Shown here piece by piece: positions 44,496-52,604 of a stretch of DNA of 64,000 bases. The notes below the pieces were generated by a model. It did not search any database, was not told the DNA's origin, and saw only the letters and a list, made by a program, of their open reading frames with translations. This DNA is from an uncultured Myxococcales bacterium. Lineage in GTDB: Bacteria > Myxococcota_A > UBA9042 > CAZBRS01. The DNA lies in the NCBI GenBank assembly GCA_964494475.1, contig CAZBRS010000001.1, positions 94,029 through 158,028 on the forward strand. Reading direction: 5' to 3'. Both the position numbers and the translations under genes were made by a program. Each line of letters begins with the position of its first letter. Positions within the stretch are counted from its first letter, which is position 1.

Positions 44496-44624
44496 GGAGT
44501 CCTCCTCGAGGGTCCAGAGATTCCGGGGCACCGTAGCAAGAAGCGAGGTCGTCTTCAAAGCAAATGCGCGTTGCAAAGCCGGGGCTGATCCGATATGCAC
44601 ACCAGGATTGACAGGGGGGCGTCG

Positions 44625-45623
44625 ATGGACGTGGTCGACCAGGGCATCCGCGAGCTCTTCATGAGCCCCGACATGGACGCCGCGCGGGCCTTCTTCAAGG
44701 ACAAGGACCGCGCGCTCGTCTCGAAGGTCATGACCTCCAAGCAGGCGGTCGAGCGCTTCGTGCACGACGGCGACTACATCGCCATGGGCGGCTTCGGCGG
44801 CGTGCGCTTCTCGACGCCCATCCTGCACGAGATCGTGCGGCAGGGGCGCAAGGGCCTCGGGGTCTCGGGCCACACCGCCACCCACGACTTCCAGATCCTG
44901 GTGGCCGGCGAGTGCTTCGACCGCTGCGACGCGGCCTACATCGTCGGGCTCGAGGCGCGCGGCGTGTCGACGGCCGCCCGCAAGTACATGGAGAGCGGCA
45001 AGGTGCGCGTCACCGACTGGTCGAACGCGGGCCTCGCGTGGCGCTACAAGGCGGCGGCGCTCGGCGTGCCCTTCATCCCGGGGCGCTCGGTGCTCGGCAC
45101 CGACACCTTCCGGAACAGCGCCATCAAGGTGGTCGTCGATCCGTTCACCGGCGCCAGGGTGGGCCTGTACCCGGCCCTCTATCCCGACGTGGCCATGATC
45201 CACGTGCACGAGGCCGACATCTACGGCAACGCCCGCATCCGGGGCAACGTGATCGCCGACGACGACCTGGCGCGCGCGGCCAAGCGGCTCATCGTCACGA
45301 CCGAGCGGCTCGTGCCCCACGACGAGATCCGACGCGAGCCCGACCGCACCATCATCCCGTTCTACCTGGTCGACGCCGTGGTCGAGGCGCCCTACGGCAG
45401 CTTTCCCGGCAACATGCCCTACGAGTACTACTCGGACGAAGCGCACCTCCGGAAGTGGCTGGCCGTCGAGAAGGATCCCGCGGCCTACCGCGCGTTCCTC
45501 GACGACTACCTGTTCGGCTGCCACGACCACTTCGAGTACCTGCAGAAGTGCGGTGGCCTCGAACGCATGATGGAGCTGCGTCGGCTCGAGTTCCTGATCC
45601 GCCCCGAGCCCGAGCCGAAGTAG
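44625..45623 (+). CDS. CoA-transferase subunit A (glutaconate/3-oxoacid CoA-transferase family)
   Basis: Start at MDVVDQG with G-rich RBS. Motifs GDYIAMGGFGGVRFSTPILHEIVRQG and GVPFIPGRSVLGTD. Followed 10 bp downstream by the subunit B gene. Confidence 0.8.
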   Translation: MDVVDQGIRELFMSPDMDAARAFFKDKDRALVSKVMTSKQAVERFVHDGDYIAMGGFGGVRFSTPILHEIVRQGRKGLGVSGHTATHDFQILVAGECFDRCDAAYIVGLEARGVSTAARKYMESGKVRVTDWSNAGLAWRYKAAALGVPFIPGRSVLGTDTFRNSAIKVVVDPFTGARVGLYPALYPDVAMIHVHEADIYGNARIRGNVIADDDLARAAKRLIVTTERLVPHDEIRREPDRTIIPFYLVDAVVEAPYGSFPGNMPYEYYSDEAHLRKWLAVEKDPAAYRAFLDDYLFGCHDHFEYLQKCGGLERMMELRRLEFLIRPEPEPK

Positions 45624-45632
45624 GAGGCAACC

Positions 45633-46409
45633 GTGGCCCCAGCCTGCAACTCGATGGAGCTGATGATCGTCCTCGCGTCGCGTTACCTCGAGGACGGCAA
45701 GATCTGCGTGGTCGGCACCGGGGCGCCGTGCGCCGCGGCCATGCTGGCCCAGAAGACGCACGCGCCCAACCTGGTCATGGCCTTCGAGGCCGGCGGGGTC
45801 GCGCCGCGCCTGCCGACCATGCCCATCTCGGTGGGCGACTCGCGCACGTACCACCAGGGGCTGCAGGCCAGCACCATGGCCGACGTGATGGCCCTGATGC
45901 AGAGGGGCCTGGTCGACTACTGCTTCCTCGGCGGTGCGCAGATCGACCGGTACGGCAACCTGAACTCCACGCTCATCGGCCCCGACCACCAGCGGCCCAA
46001 GGTACGCCTGCCGGGCAGCGGCGGGGCCGGCGACCTGGCCAGCCTGGCCTGGAAGATCATGGTCATCACGCCCCACGAGAAGCGCCGCTTCGTGCCGAAG
46101 GTCGACTTCGTCACCTCGCCGGGCTTCCTCGACGGGCCGGGCGCGCGCGAGCGGGCGGGGCTGCCCCCCGGCACGGGCCCGTACAAGATCGTCACGAACC
46201 TCGGGGTCATGGGGTTCGACGCCGAGACGAAGCGCATGCAGATCGAGGCCGTGCACCACGGCGTCACGCGGCAGCAGGTGCAGGACAACACCGGCTTCGA
46301 GCTGCTGGTGGCCGAGCCCCTGCACGAGACGCTCCCGCCCACGGCCGACGAGCTGCGCCTGTTGCGCGAAGAGGTCGACCCCCACCGGTACATCATCGGT
46401 CGCGAATAA
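45633..46409 (+). CDS. CoA-transferase subunit B
   Basis: GTG start with AGGAGG RBS. RLPGSGGAGDLASLA (subunit-B glutamate/glycine-rich loop). 258 aa. Confidence 0.8.
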   Translation: MAPACNSMELMIVLASRYLEDGKICVVGTGAPCAAAMLAQKTHAPNLVMAFEAGGVAPRLPTMPISVGDSRTYHQGLQASTMADVMALMQRGLVDYCFLGGAQIDRYGNLNSTLIGPDHQRPKVRLPGSGGAGDLASLAWKIMVITPHEKRRFVPKVDFVTSPGFLDGPGARERAGLPPGTGPYKIVTNLGVMGFDAETKRMQIEAVHHGVTRQQVQDNTGFELLVAEPLHETLPPTADELRLLREEVDPHRYIIGRE

Positions 46410-46445
46410 CGCGCCGCCCACGGGCGTCGTGCAGGGGAGGATAGG

Positions 46446-48359
46446 ATGACGAAGCGCTGGATCGCCGTATTGCTGGTGGTACTCACAACGCTCCCGGCCC
46501 TGGCCGCCCCCAAGAAGAAGGTGCCGCCGCCGCCGCCCCTGGCCCCCGAGAAGGCCGAGGCCATCTTCGGCGTGTTCGAGCGCGGCACGCGCAGCAGCGA
46601 TCTGCAGGCGCGCGGGCTGGCCGTGTTCGGCATCGGCTTCGTGCCGGGCAAGGCGGCCGCCGCGTTCGTGACCGACGCCCTGAAGGATCCCCAGTGGCGG
46701 GTGCGCTCGCACGCCATCGCCGCGCTCTACCTGCAGGGCGACAAGGCGTGGCGCGCTCCCCTGGTCGACGCCCTGGCCGACCCCACGTTGAACCCCGAGT
46801 GGGATCTCTTTCCGTTGCTCGGCCTGGTGAAGCCCGCCGAGGGCGCCAGCGTGATGCTCGAGGCGCTGAAGAACCCCAAGAACGCCGGGCAGATTCGCCT
46901 GGTCGAGGCCCTCGTGCCCTGCACGCGCCCCTTCTGCTCCGAGGTCAAGACCGCCCTGGGCAAGGAGGGCCACGCCGTCCTGCTCGACCGCGTGCAGGCC
47001 ACCATCGCCACGGCCCCCAAGGAGGTGCGGCTCGAGCTCTTGCGCGTGCTGCTCGCGTCGGGGCGCGATCAGGCGGCGCGCACGGCCCTGACCGTGCTCG
47101 AGGCCTCGCCCGAGCCCGAGCTGCAGAAGGCGCTGGCCGAGCTCTACAAGAAGTCCAAGGACAAGGAGCTGCAGCTGAACACCGCCATCGTGCTGGCCCG
47201 GCTCGGCGACGGCTCTGGCGCGGCCCTCTTGAACGGCAGCCTGGCGAAGGCCGACCGCGACACGCGCCTGCGCATCCTCAAGGCCATGGCCTTCGCCCCG
47301 GCCGCGGCCGACGAGAAGTCCATGCTCGCGCTGCTGGCCGTCAAGCCCGGCGAGACCGTCGACCTCGACTACCTGTCGGCCATCTTCGACATCTACCATC
47401 GTCAGGGCAGCGACAAGCCGTTGCCGCGCGCGCGCATGATGGTCAACGAGCCCGACCCCGGCACGCGGGCGGTGGGCGTGCGCTTCGTGGCCCGGTTCGA
47501 GGGGCCCGTGTCGCTGAAGACGCTGCACGGGCTGGTGCTCGACGGCAGCCCGCTCGTGCGCCTGGCCGCGGTCGAGTCCATCGCCGACTTCGCGCGCATC
47601 GACTCGGTCGAGCCGCTGGGTTCGGCGCTCGCCGACGTCGACAAGCGGGTCAAGGTCGCGGCCATCCGGGGCCTGGGCCGCATCAACGACGTCTCGGTCA
47701 TCCGGCACCTCACCTTCGTGGTGGGCGATCCCGACCCCGAGGTGAAGCAGGAGGCCTTGAAGGCGCTGGCGCGCATCCACGACCCGTCGGTGGTCCCCAC
47801 GCTGCAGATGGGCCTGGTCGACCCGTCGGTCGAGGTCCGCACGGCGGCGCTGCGGGGCATGATGGAGAGCGATCCCCTGAACGGGCGCATGTACTTCCAG
47901 TCGGCGCTTTTGTGGCTGCCGCCCCTGGTCATCCGCGAGATGGCCGACGCCATGGGCAAGGAGGCCCTGCCTTACCTGCTCGAGGCCGCGCGCACCGACA
48001 GCCTCGAGACGCGCATGCTCGCGCTGCAGATCCTCGAGGGCGCCGGCCCCGAGGGCCTGGCCCTGCTGCAGCAGATCCTGGCCGAGACACCCCACGCCGA
48101 GGTGCGCGAGCGCATCGCGACCCACCTGTACAAGGCCTCGGGCCCGGCGGCCGTTCCGCTCACCCAGGGCTACCTCGAGCAGCCCGGGCACGCGGGGGTC
48201 AAGGTGCGCGTGCTCGAGGGCCTGGGCCGCCTGCGCGACGAGGCCAACGCCGAGATGATCGAGAAGCGCCTGCTCGACACCGACGAGCGCGTGCGCGTGG
48301 CCGCGGCGCTGGCGCTCCTGAAGGTGCTCGTCAAGAGCGTGCCCGACCTCGATCTGTGA
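46446..48359 (+). CDS. Secreted HEAT/PBS-lyase-like repeat protein
   Basis: Signal peptide MTKRWIAVLLVVLTTLPALA. Multiple HEAT-like repeats (DPxxxVRxxAxxAL). GGGGAGG RBS. Confidence 0.7.
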   Translation: MTKRWIAVLLVVLTTLPALAAPKKKVPPPPPLAPEKAEAIFGVFERGTRSSDLQARGLAVFGIGFVPGKAAAAFVTDALKDPQWRVRSHAIAALYLQGDKAWRAPLVDALADPTLNPEWDLFPLLGLVKPAEGASVMLEALKNPKNAGQIRLVEALVPCTRPFCSEVKTALGKEGHAVLLDRVQATIATAPKEVRLELLRVLLASGRDQAARTALTVLEASPEPELQKALAELYKKSKDKELQLNTAIVLARLGDGSGAALLNGSLAKADRDTRLRILKAMAFAPAAADEKSMLALLAVKPGETVDLDYLSAIFDIYHRQGSDKPLPRARMMVNEPDPGTRAVGVRFVARFEGPVSLKTLHGLVLDGSPLVRLAAVESIADFARIDSVEPLGSALADVDKRVKVAAIRGLGRINDVSVIRHLTFVVGDPDPEVKQEALKALARIHDPSVVPTLQMGLVDPSVEVRTAALRGMMESDPLNGRMYFQSALLWLPPLVIREMADAMGKEALPYLLEAARTDSLETRMLALQILEGAGPEGLALLQQILAETPHAEVRERIATHLYKASGPAAVPLTQGYLEQPGHAGVKVRVLEGLGRLRDEANAEMIEKRLLDTDERVRVAAALALLKVLVKSVPDLDL

Positions 48360-48432
48360 CCTCCCCCCGAACGCTGCAACCTCACCCCCTGACCCCCTCT
48401 CCATCGATGGAGAGGGGGACGGTAGGACGACC

Positions 48433-49143
48433 ATGCGGGTGTTCCTCTTCGACATCGACGGCACGCTGATCGACGCGGGCGGGGCAGGGCGCCGCTCCAT
48501 GACCGCCGCCTTCGCGGGGGTGTTCGGCATCGACCAGCCCTTCGAGGCCTTCGATCTGCTCGGACGCACCGACCTCAACATCGTGTGGGAGGTGTGCCAG
48601 CGACACCTGGGCCGCCGCCCCGGCGACGAGGAGCTCGCGCGCTTCTTCGACGCCTACCTCGCGCGCCTCGAGCTCGAACTGCGGCGCGGTGACGGTTACC
48701 GCGTACTTCCGGGCACGCGCGAGATCGTCGAACACCTGGCCGGGCGGCCCGACGTGGTGCTCGGCCTCGGCACGGGCAACCTCGAGGCCGGCGCGCGCCT
48801 GAAGCTGGCGCGCACGGGCTACGCGCACCACTTCCGCGTGGGAGGCTTCGGCGCCGACGGTCCCGATCGGGCCGCCGTGCTTCGACGCGGAGTCGAGAGA
48901 GCGCGCGCCCTCGTGCCGGGTGCCGCGGTCGACCCCAAGGACGTGTGGATCGTGGGCGACAGCGTGCGCGACGTCGAGGCCGCGCGGGCCATCGGCGCCA
49001 CGGCCGTGGCGATCGCCGCCGGGTGGCAATCCCTCGAGGTGCTCCGGGCCGCGGGGCCGGACCTGGCGTTCTCGTCGATGCTCGATTTGTACGGTCTGGT
49101 GAACGAAGGCTACGACGGGGCGGGGTCGGGCGAGCGGTCGTGA
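48433..49143 (+). CDS. HAD-superfamily hydrolase (phosphoglycolate-phosphatase-like)
   Basis: Motif I FLFDIDGTLID, motif II LGLGTGN, motif III/IV VWIVGDSVRDVEAA. Confidence 0.8.
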   Translation: MRVFLFDIDGTLIDAGGAGRRSMTAAFAGVFGIDQPFEAFDLLGRTDLNIVWEVCQRHLGRRPGDEELARFFDAYLARLELELRRGDGYRVLPGTREIVEHLAGRPDVVLGLGTGNLEAGARLKLARTGYAHHFRVGGFGADGPDRAAVLRRGVERARALVPGAAVDPKDVWIVGDSVRDVEAARAIGATAVAIAAGWQSLEVLRAAGPDLAFSSMLDLYGLVNEGYDGAGSGERS

Positions 49144-49156
49144 CGCCGCCCGGAGA

Positions 49157-49888
49157 CTACATCTGGTCGCAGAAGGCGTTGTGGTTGGTGCACTCGTTGC
49201 CGGCCTTGGACATGTAGCAGGCCTGGAAATCGGCGGCCGGGACGGCGCCGCAGTTCTCGAAGATGCAGCCATAGAACGCCGCGAAGCGGGCCTTGGCCTC
49301 GGCGTCGCCCACCGCCATGCAGGCGATGGCGCACTCGTGATCCCAACCGCCGGTCTCGCAGTCGCTCAGCCAGCAGGCGCGCACCTCCTTGCAGGTGTCG
49401 GGGCCGGGCACGCACGCGTCGAACTCGTCGCCGCAGCGGTCGGTGCCGTTGCCCAGGCACTCGATGGTGTCTTCGGGGCCCGTCAGGTCGGCGCACGACG
49501 CGCTCACGCACGCGCCGAGGGTCGCCATGGTGGCGGCGTCGGCGGGCTCGGCCTTGCCGAGGCAGGCGGTCTCGCACGTCTGGTCGCTGTCGTCGGGGCA
49601 CTTGGCCACGCACTGGAAGAAGAGCTCGGCGCACGAGGCGTAGTTCTCGGTGGTGTCGGGCGCGGTGTCGGGCTGCCCCGTATCGTTGCCCGTATCGGCG
49701 CTGACGTCGATCACCGACAGGTCGGCGCCCGTGTCGGGCGTGACGTCGAGGACGACGGGCACGTCGTCGCCGGTCTCGGCCGCGACGTCGGCTGCCGTGT
49801 CGTTCGCGGGCGTGGTATCGGAGCCGTCGGAGCCGCCGCATCCCAGGGGCAAAATCATCAACAAGGCGAGGAACGGAAGCCAACGCAT
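49157..49888 (-). CDS. Cys-rich lipoprotein (about 30 Cys in the mature domain), possible metal-binding
   Basis: Lipobox ILPLGCGG. Asp/Thr-rich linker. Repeated CxxC/CxxxC spacing (CAELFFQCVAKCPDD..CETAC, CVSASCADL, CETGGWDHECAIAC). Confidence 0.6.
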   Translation of the reverse strand: MRWLPFLALLMILPLGCGGSDGSDTTPANDTAADVAAETGDDVPVVLDVTPDTGADLSVIDVSADTGNDTGQPDTAPDTTENYASCAELFFQCVAKCPDDSDQTCETACLGKAEPADAATMATLGACVSASCADLTGPEDTIECLGNGTDRCGDEFDACVPGPDTCKEVRACWLSDCETGGWDHECAIACMAVGDAEAKARFAAFYGCIFENCGAVPAADFQACYMSKAGNECTNHNAFCDQM

Positions 49889-50050
49889 CGGAGCACCCCC
49901 ATCAGGTGGCGTTTGTGGTCTGGCGGGCAGGATAGCGTGCCCCGCGGCGCTCGTCAACCTGCCGAGCCGTCGAGGGATCGCGAGATCCCGGTTGACACTA
50001 CGCCAGGGCCGGCCTAGACAGCGTTAGTCGATCGTAACTTGGCGGAGCCG

Positions 50051-50761
50051 ATGGCGACCGGACTCACCCGTTCTGCGGAGGACTACCTCCTCACGATCTA
50101 CCGCCTGCACCGCGAGCGTCACACGGCGCGCGTCAAGGACGTGGCCGAGGTGTTGGGCGTGAAGAAGCCGTCGGTGGTCACGCAGGTGCACCGCCTGAAG
50201 GAAGAGGGGCTGGTCGACCAGAGCCCCTACGGTCGCATCGAGTTGACCGAGCGGGGCCGCCGCCTGGCGCGGGGCATGTTCCAGAAGAACCGGCGCATCT
50301 TCGCCTTCCTCCACCACGTGCTCGGGGTCGGCACCGACGTGGCCGAGGAGGACGCGTGCGGCATCGAGCACCACCTGCACCCCGAGACCATGCAACGCTT
50401 CCTGGCGTTCACCGAGGACCTGCACCTGCCCCTCGGCGATCTCGACGACGACGGCGTCGAGGTGACGAACGCGACGATCAACGACCTCGACATCGGCACC
50501 TGCGCCGAGATCTTCCGCATGGTGGGCGACGACAGCGTGCGTGCGCGGCTGCTCGAGCAGGGCTTCGTGCCCGGCGAGCGCGTGCGACTCCTGAACGTGG
50601 CGCCCCTCGGCGACCCCCTCGACGTGTTCGTCAAGGGCACGCACCTGACGTTGCGTCGCGAAGAGGCCGACTGCGTGCTGCTGCGCCGCGAGAGCGTTCG
50701 GCCGGTGGGCGCCAACCCGCACTGCCAGAGCCCTGGGGCGGAGCCGCTCAAGGCTCCTTGA
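50051..50761 (+). CDS. DtxR/MntR-family metal-dependent transcriptional regulator with C-terminal FeoA-like domain
   Basis: GGCGGAG RBS. EDYLLTIYRLHRERHTARVKDVAEVLGVKKPSVVTQVHRLKEEGLV (wHTH). Metal-site His/Glu/Cys residues (HHVLG, EDACGIEHHLH). C-terminal FeoA/SH3-like motif GERVRLLNVAPLGDPLDVFVKGTHLTLRREEA. Confidence 0.85.
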   Translation: MATGLTRSAEDYLLTIYRLHRERHTARVKDVAEVLGVKKPSVVTQVHRLKEEGLVDQSPYGRIELTERGRRLARGMFQKNRRIFAFLHHVLGVGTDVAEEDACGIEHHLHPETMQRFLAFTEDLHLPLGDLDDDGVEVTNATINDLDIGTCAEIFRMVGDDSVRARLLEQGFVPGERVRLLNVAPLGDPLDVFVKGTHLTLRREEADCVLLRRESVRPVGANPHCQSPGAEPLKAP

Positions 50762-52604
50762 GAGCCGTGTCGTCGGTGACCGCCCGTCGCAAGGCCTCGA
50801 CCACGTTCGCCGGGACGCCCGGCAGCTTCCAGCCATCCTTCTGCATGGCCTCGACCAGCCGGGCGATCGTGGCGTAGCGCACGAGCAGCGCGCGCTTGCG
50901 CTTCTTGCCGATGCCGGGCACGCGGTCGAGGGCGCCCTCGAGATCGCGCGTCGTGCGGGCGCGGCGATGCGCCGCCAGGGCGAAGCGGTGCGCCTCGTCG
51001 CGCAGGCGCACGAGGAGCCGCCAGATCCCCGCGTCGGCGGACAGGGGCGTCTCCATCAAGGGCTCGCCGTGCACCAGGCGCTCGTCGGAGTGCTCGATCT
51101 CGAGCGCACGCGGGTCGCGTCGCACCCGATCCTTGGCCAGGCCCACCACGGGCAGCGCGAGCCCGTACTCACCGTGGACCACCGCGCGCGCGGCCCCGAC
51201 CTGACCCCGGCCGCCGTCGATGACGAAGACGTCGGGCAGGTCTCCGCTGGCGTCGCCGGTGAGGCGTCGGCGCAGCACCTCCTGCAGCATGGCGTAGTCG
51301 TCGGCGCCCACGACGCCGCGGATGCGGTACGACCGATACGCCGCCTTGTCGGGCACGCCGTCGACGAACACCACCTGCGAGCCGTAGGCGAGGTCGCCGT
51401 GCAGGTTCGAGATGTCGTAGGCCTCCAGGCGCCGCGGTCGGCTCGGCAAGCCGAGGAGTTCGGCCAACTCGGCCAACTCGGCGTAGCGCTTCTCCTCGAG
51501 CCGCGCCGACGAGCGCAGGCGCTCCTCGGCGTTGCGCTCGGCCCAGGCCAGCAGCGCCCGGCGGGGGCCGCGCAGCGGGTGGTGGAGGCGCACGCGTCGC
51601 CCCGCGCGATCGGAGAGCCACTCGGAGAGCGACTCGGCCTCGTCGCCGAGATCGAGCGGGACCAGCACTTCGGGGGGAATCTCGCCCCCATCGTAGTGGC
51701 GCGCCAGGGCGCCCGTCACGAGTTGGAGGTCGGTGAGCGGCGCCAGCCGGGGCAGCGGGTACTCGCACGTGGTCAGGGTCAGGCCTCCGCGCACGTTGGC
51801 CAGGAAGGCCACGGCGCGCTCCTCGACCCGGTGGAGGGCCCAGACGTCGAGGTCGGCGTCGCCGTGCAGGTCGACCGCCTGGCGCTCGGCGCTGCGCTCG
51901 ATGCCGCGCAGCATGTCGCGCAGAGCCAGCGCCCGCTCGAAGTCGAGGGCGGCGGCCGCCTCGTCCATCTCGACCTGAAGCCGGCGCTGCAGTTCGCGTC
52001 GCCTGCCGCGCAGGAAGAGGCGCACGTCGTCGAGGCGGCGTCGGTAGTCGGCGGCGTCGACGGTCTGCGTGCAGGGTGCGTCGCACAGGTGCATCTGGTG
52101 ACGGAGGCAGGGCCGGTCGCGCGTGGCGAAGGCGCGATCGGTGCACGTGCGCAAGCGGAACACGCGATTCACGAGGTGCACGATCTCGCGGATGGTCTGG
52201 GCCGACGAGTACGGCCCGAAGTACTCGGCGCCGTCGTCCTTGCGACGCCGCACGATCTCGACGCGGGGCCAGGCGTGGCGGGTGTCGACGCGCAAGCGCA
52301 GGAAGTTCTTGTCGTCCTTCAACAGCACGTTGAAGCGCGGCTGGTGCTCCTTCACGAGCTGGTTCTCGAGGACCAGCGCCTCTTTTTCGTTGGCGGTGAC
52401 CAGGACCTCGACGTCGGCCAGCAGGTGATCGAGCATCTTGACGAACGGGCGGTCGTCGGAGCTCGCGCCGAGGTACTGCGCCAGGCGTCGGCGCAGATCG
52501 CGGGCCTTGCCCACGTAGAAGATCTCGCCCCCCGCGTCGCGCATCAGGTAGACGCCAGGCGCCGCCGGGGTGCGGGACAGCAGCGCGGCGCGGTCAATTG
52601 CCAT
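50748..52604 (-). CDS. uvrC: Excinuclease ABC subunit C
   Basis: GIY-YIG motif GVYLMRDAGGEIFYVGKARDLRRR...YL, UvrBC-interaction region, RNase-H-like endonuclease, and C-terminal (HhH)2 (GIGKKRKRALL). Confidence 0.9.
   Translation of the reverse strand: MAIDRAALLSRTPAAPGVYLMRDAGGEIFYVGKARDLRRRLAQYLGASSDDRPFVKMLDHLLADVEVLVTANEKEALVLENQLVKEHQPRFNVLLKDDKNFLRLRVDTRHAWPRVEIVRRRKDDGAEYFGPYSSAQTIREIVHLVNRVFRLRTCTDRAFATRDRPCLRHQMHLCDAPCTQTVDAADYRRRLDDVRLFLRGRRRELQRRLQVEMDEAAAALDFERALALRDMLRGIERSAERQAVDLHGDADLDVWALHRVEERAVAFLANVRGGLTLTTCEYPLPRLAPLTDLQLVTGALARHYDGGEIPPEVLVPLDLGDEAESLSEWLSDRAGRRVRLHHPLRGPRRALLAWAERNAEERLRSSARLEEKRYAELAELAELLGLPSRPRRLEAYDISNLHGDLAYGSQVVFVDGVPDKAAYRSYRIRGVVGADDYAMLQEVLRRRLTGDASGDLPDVFVIDGGRGQVGAARAVVHGEYGLALPVVGLAKDRVRRDPRALEIEHSDERLVHGEPLMETPLSADAGIWRLLVRLRDEAHRFALAAHRRARTTRDLEGALDRVPGIGKKRKRALLVRYATIARLVEAMQKDGWKLPGVPANVVEALRRAVTDDTALKEP

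Noticed and set aside
44496-48581. Upstream 1360 aa of the 2331-aa minus ORF
   Set aside because: It is antisense to the gctA/gctB/HEAT genes with low complexity. The PAD-family gene starts at ATG 44495 with a GAGGAGG RBS.
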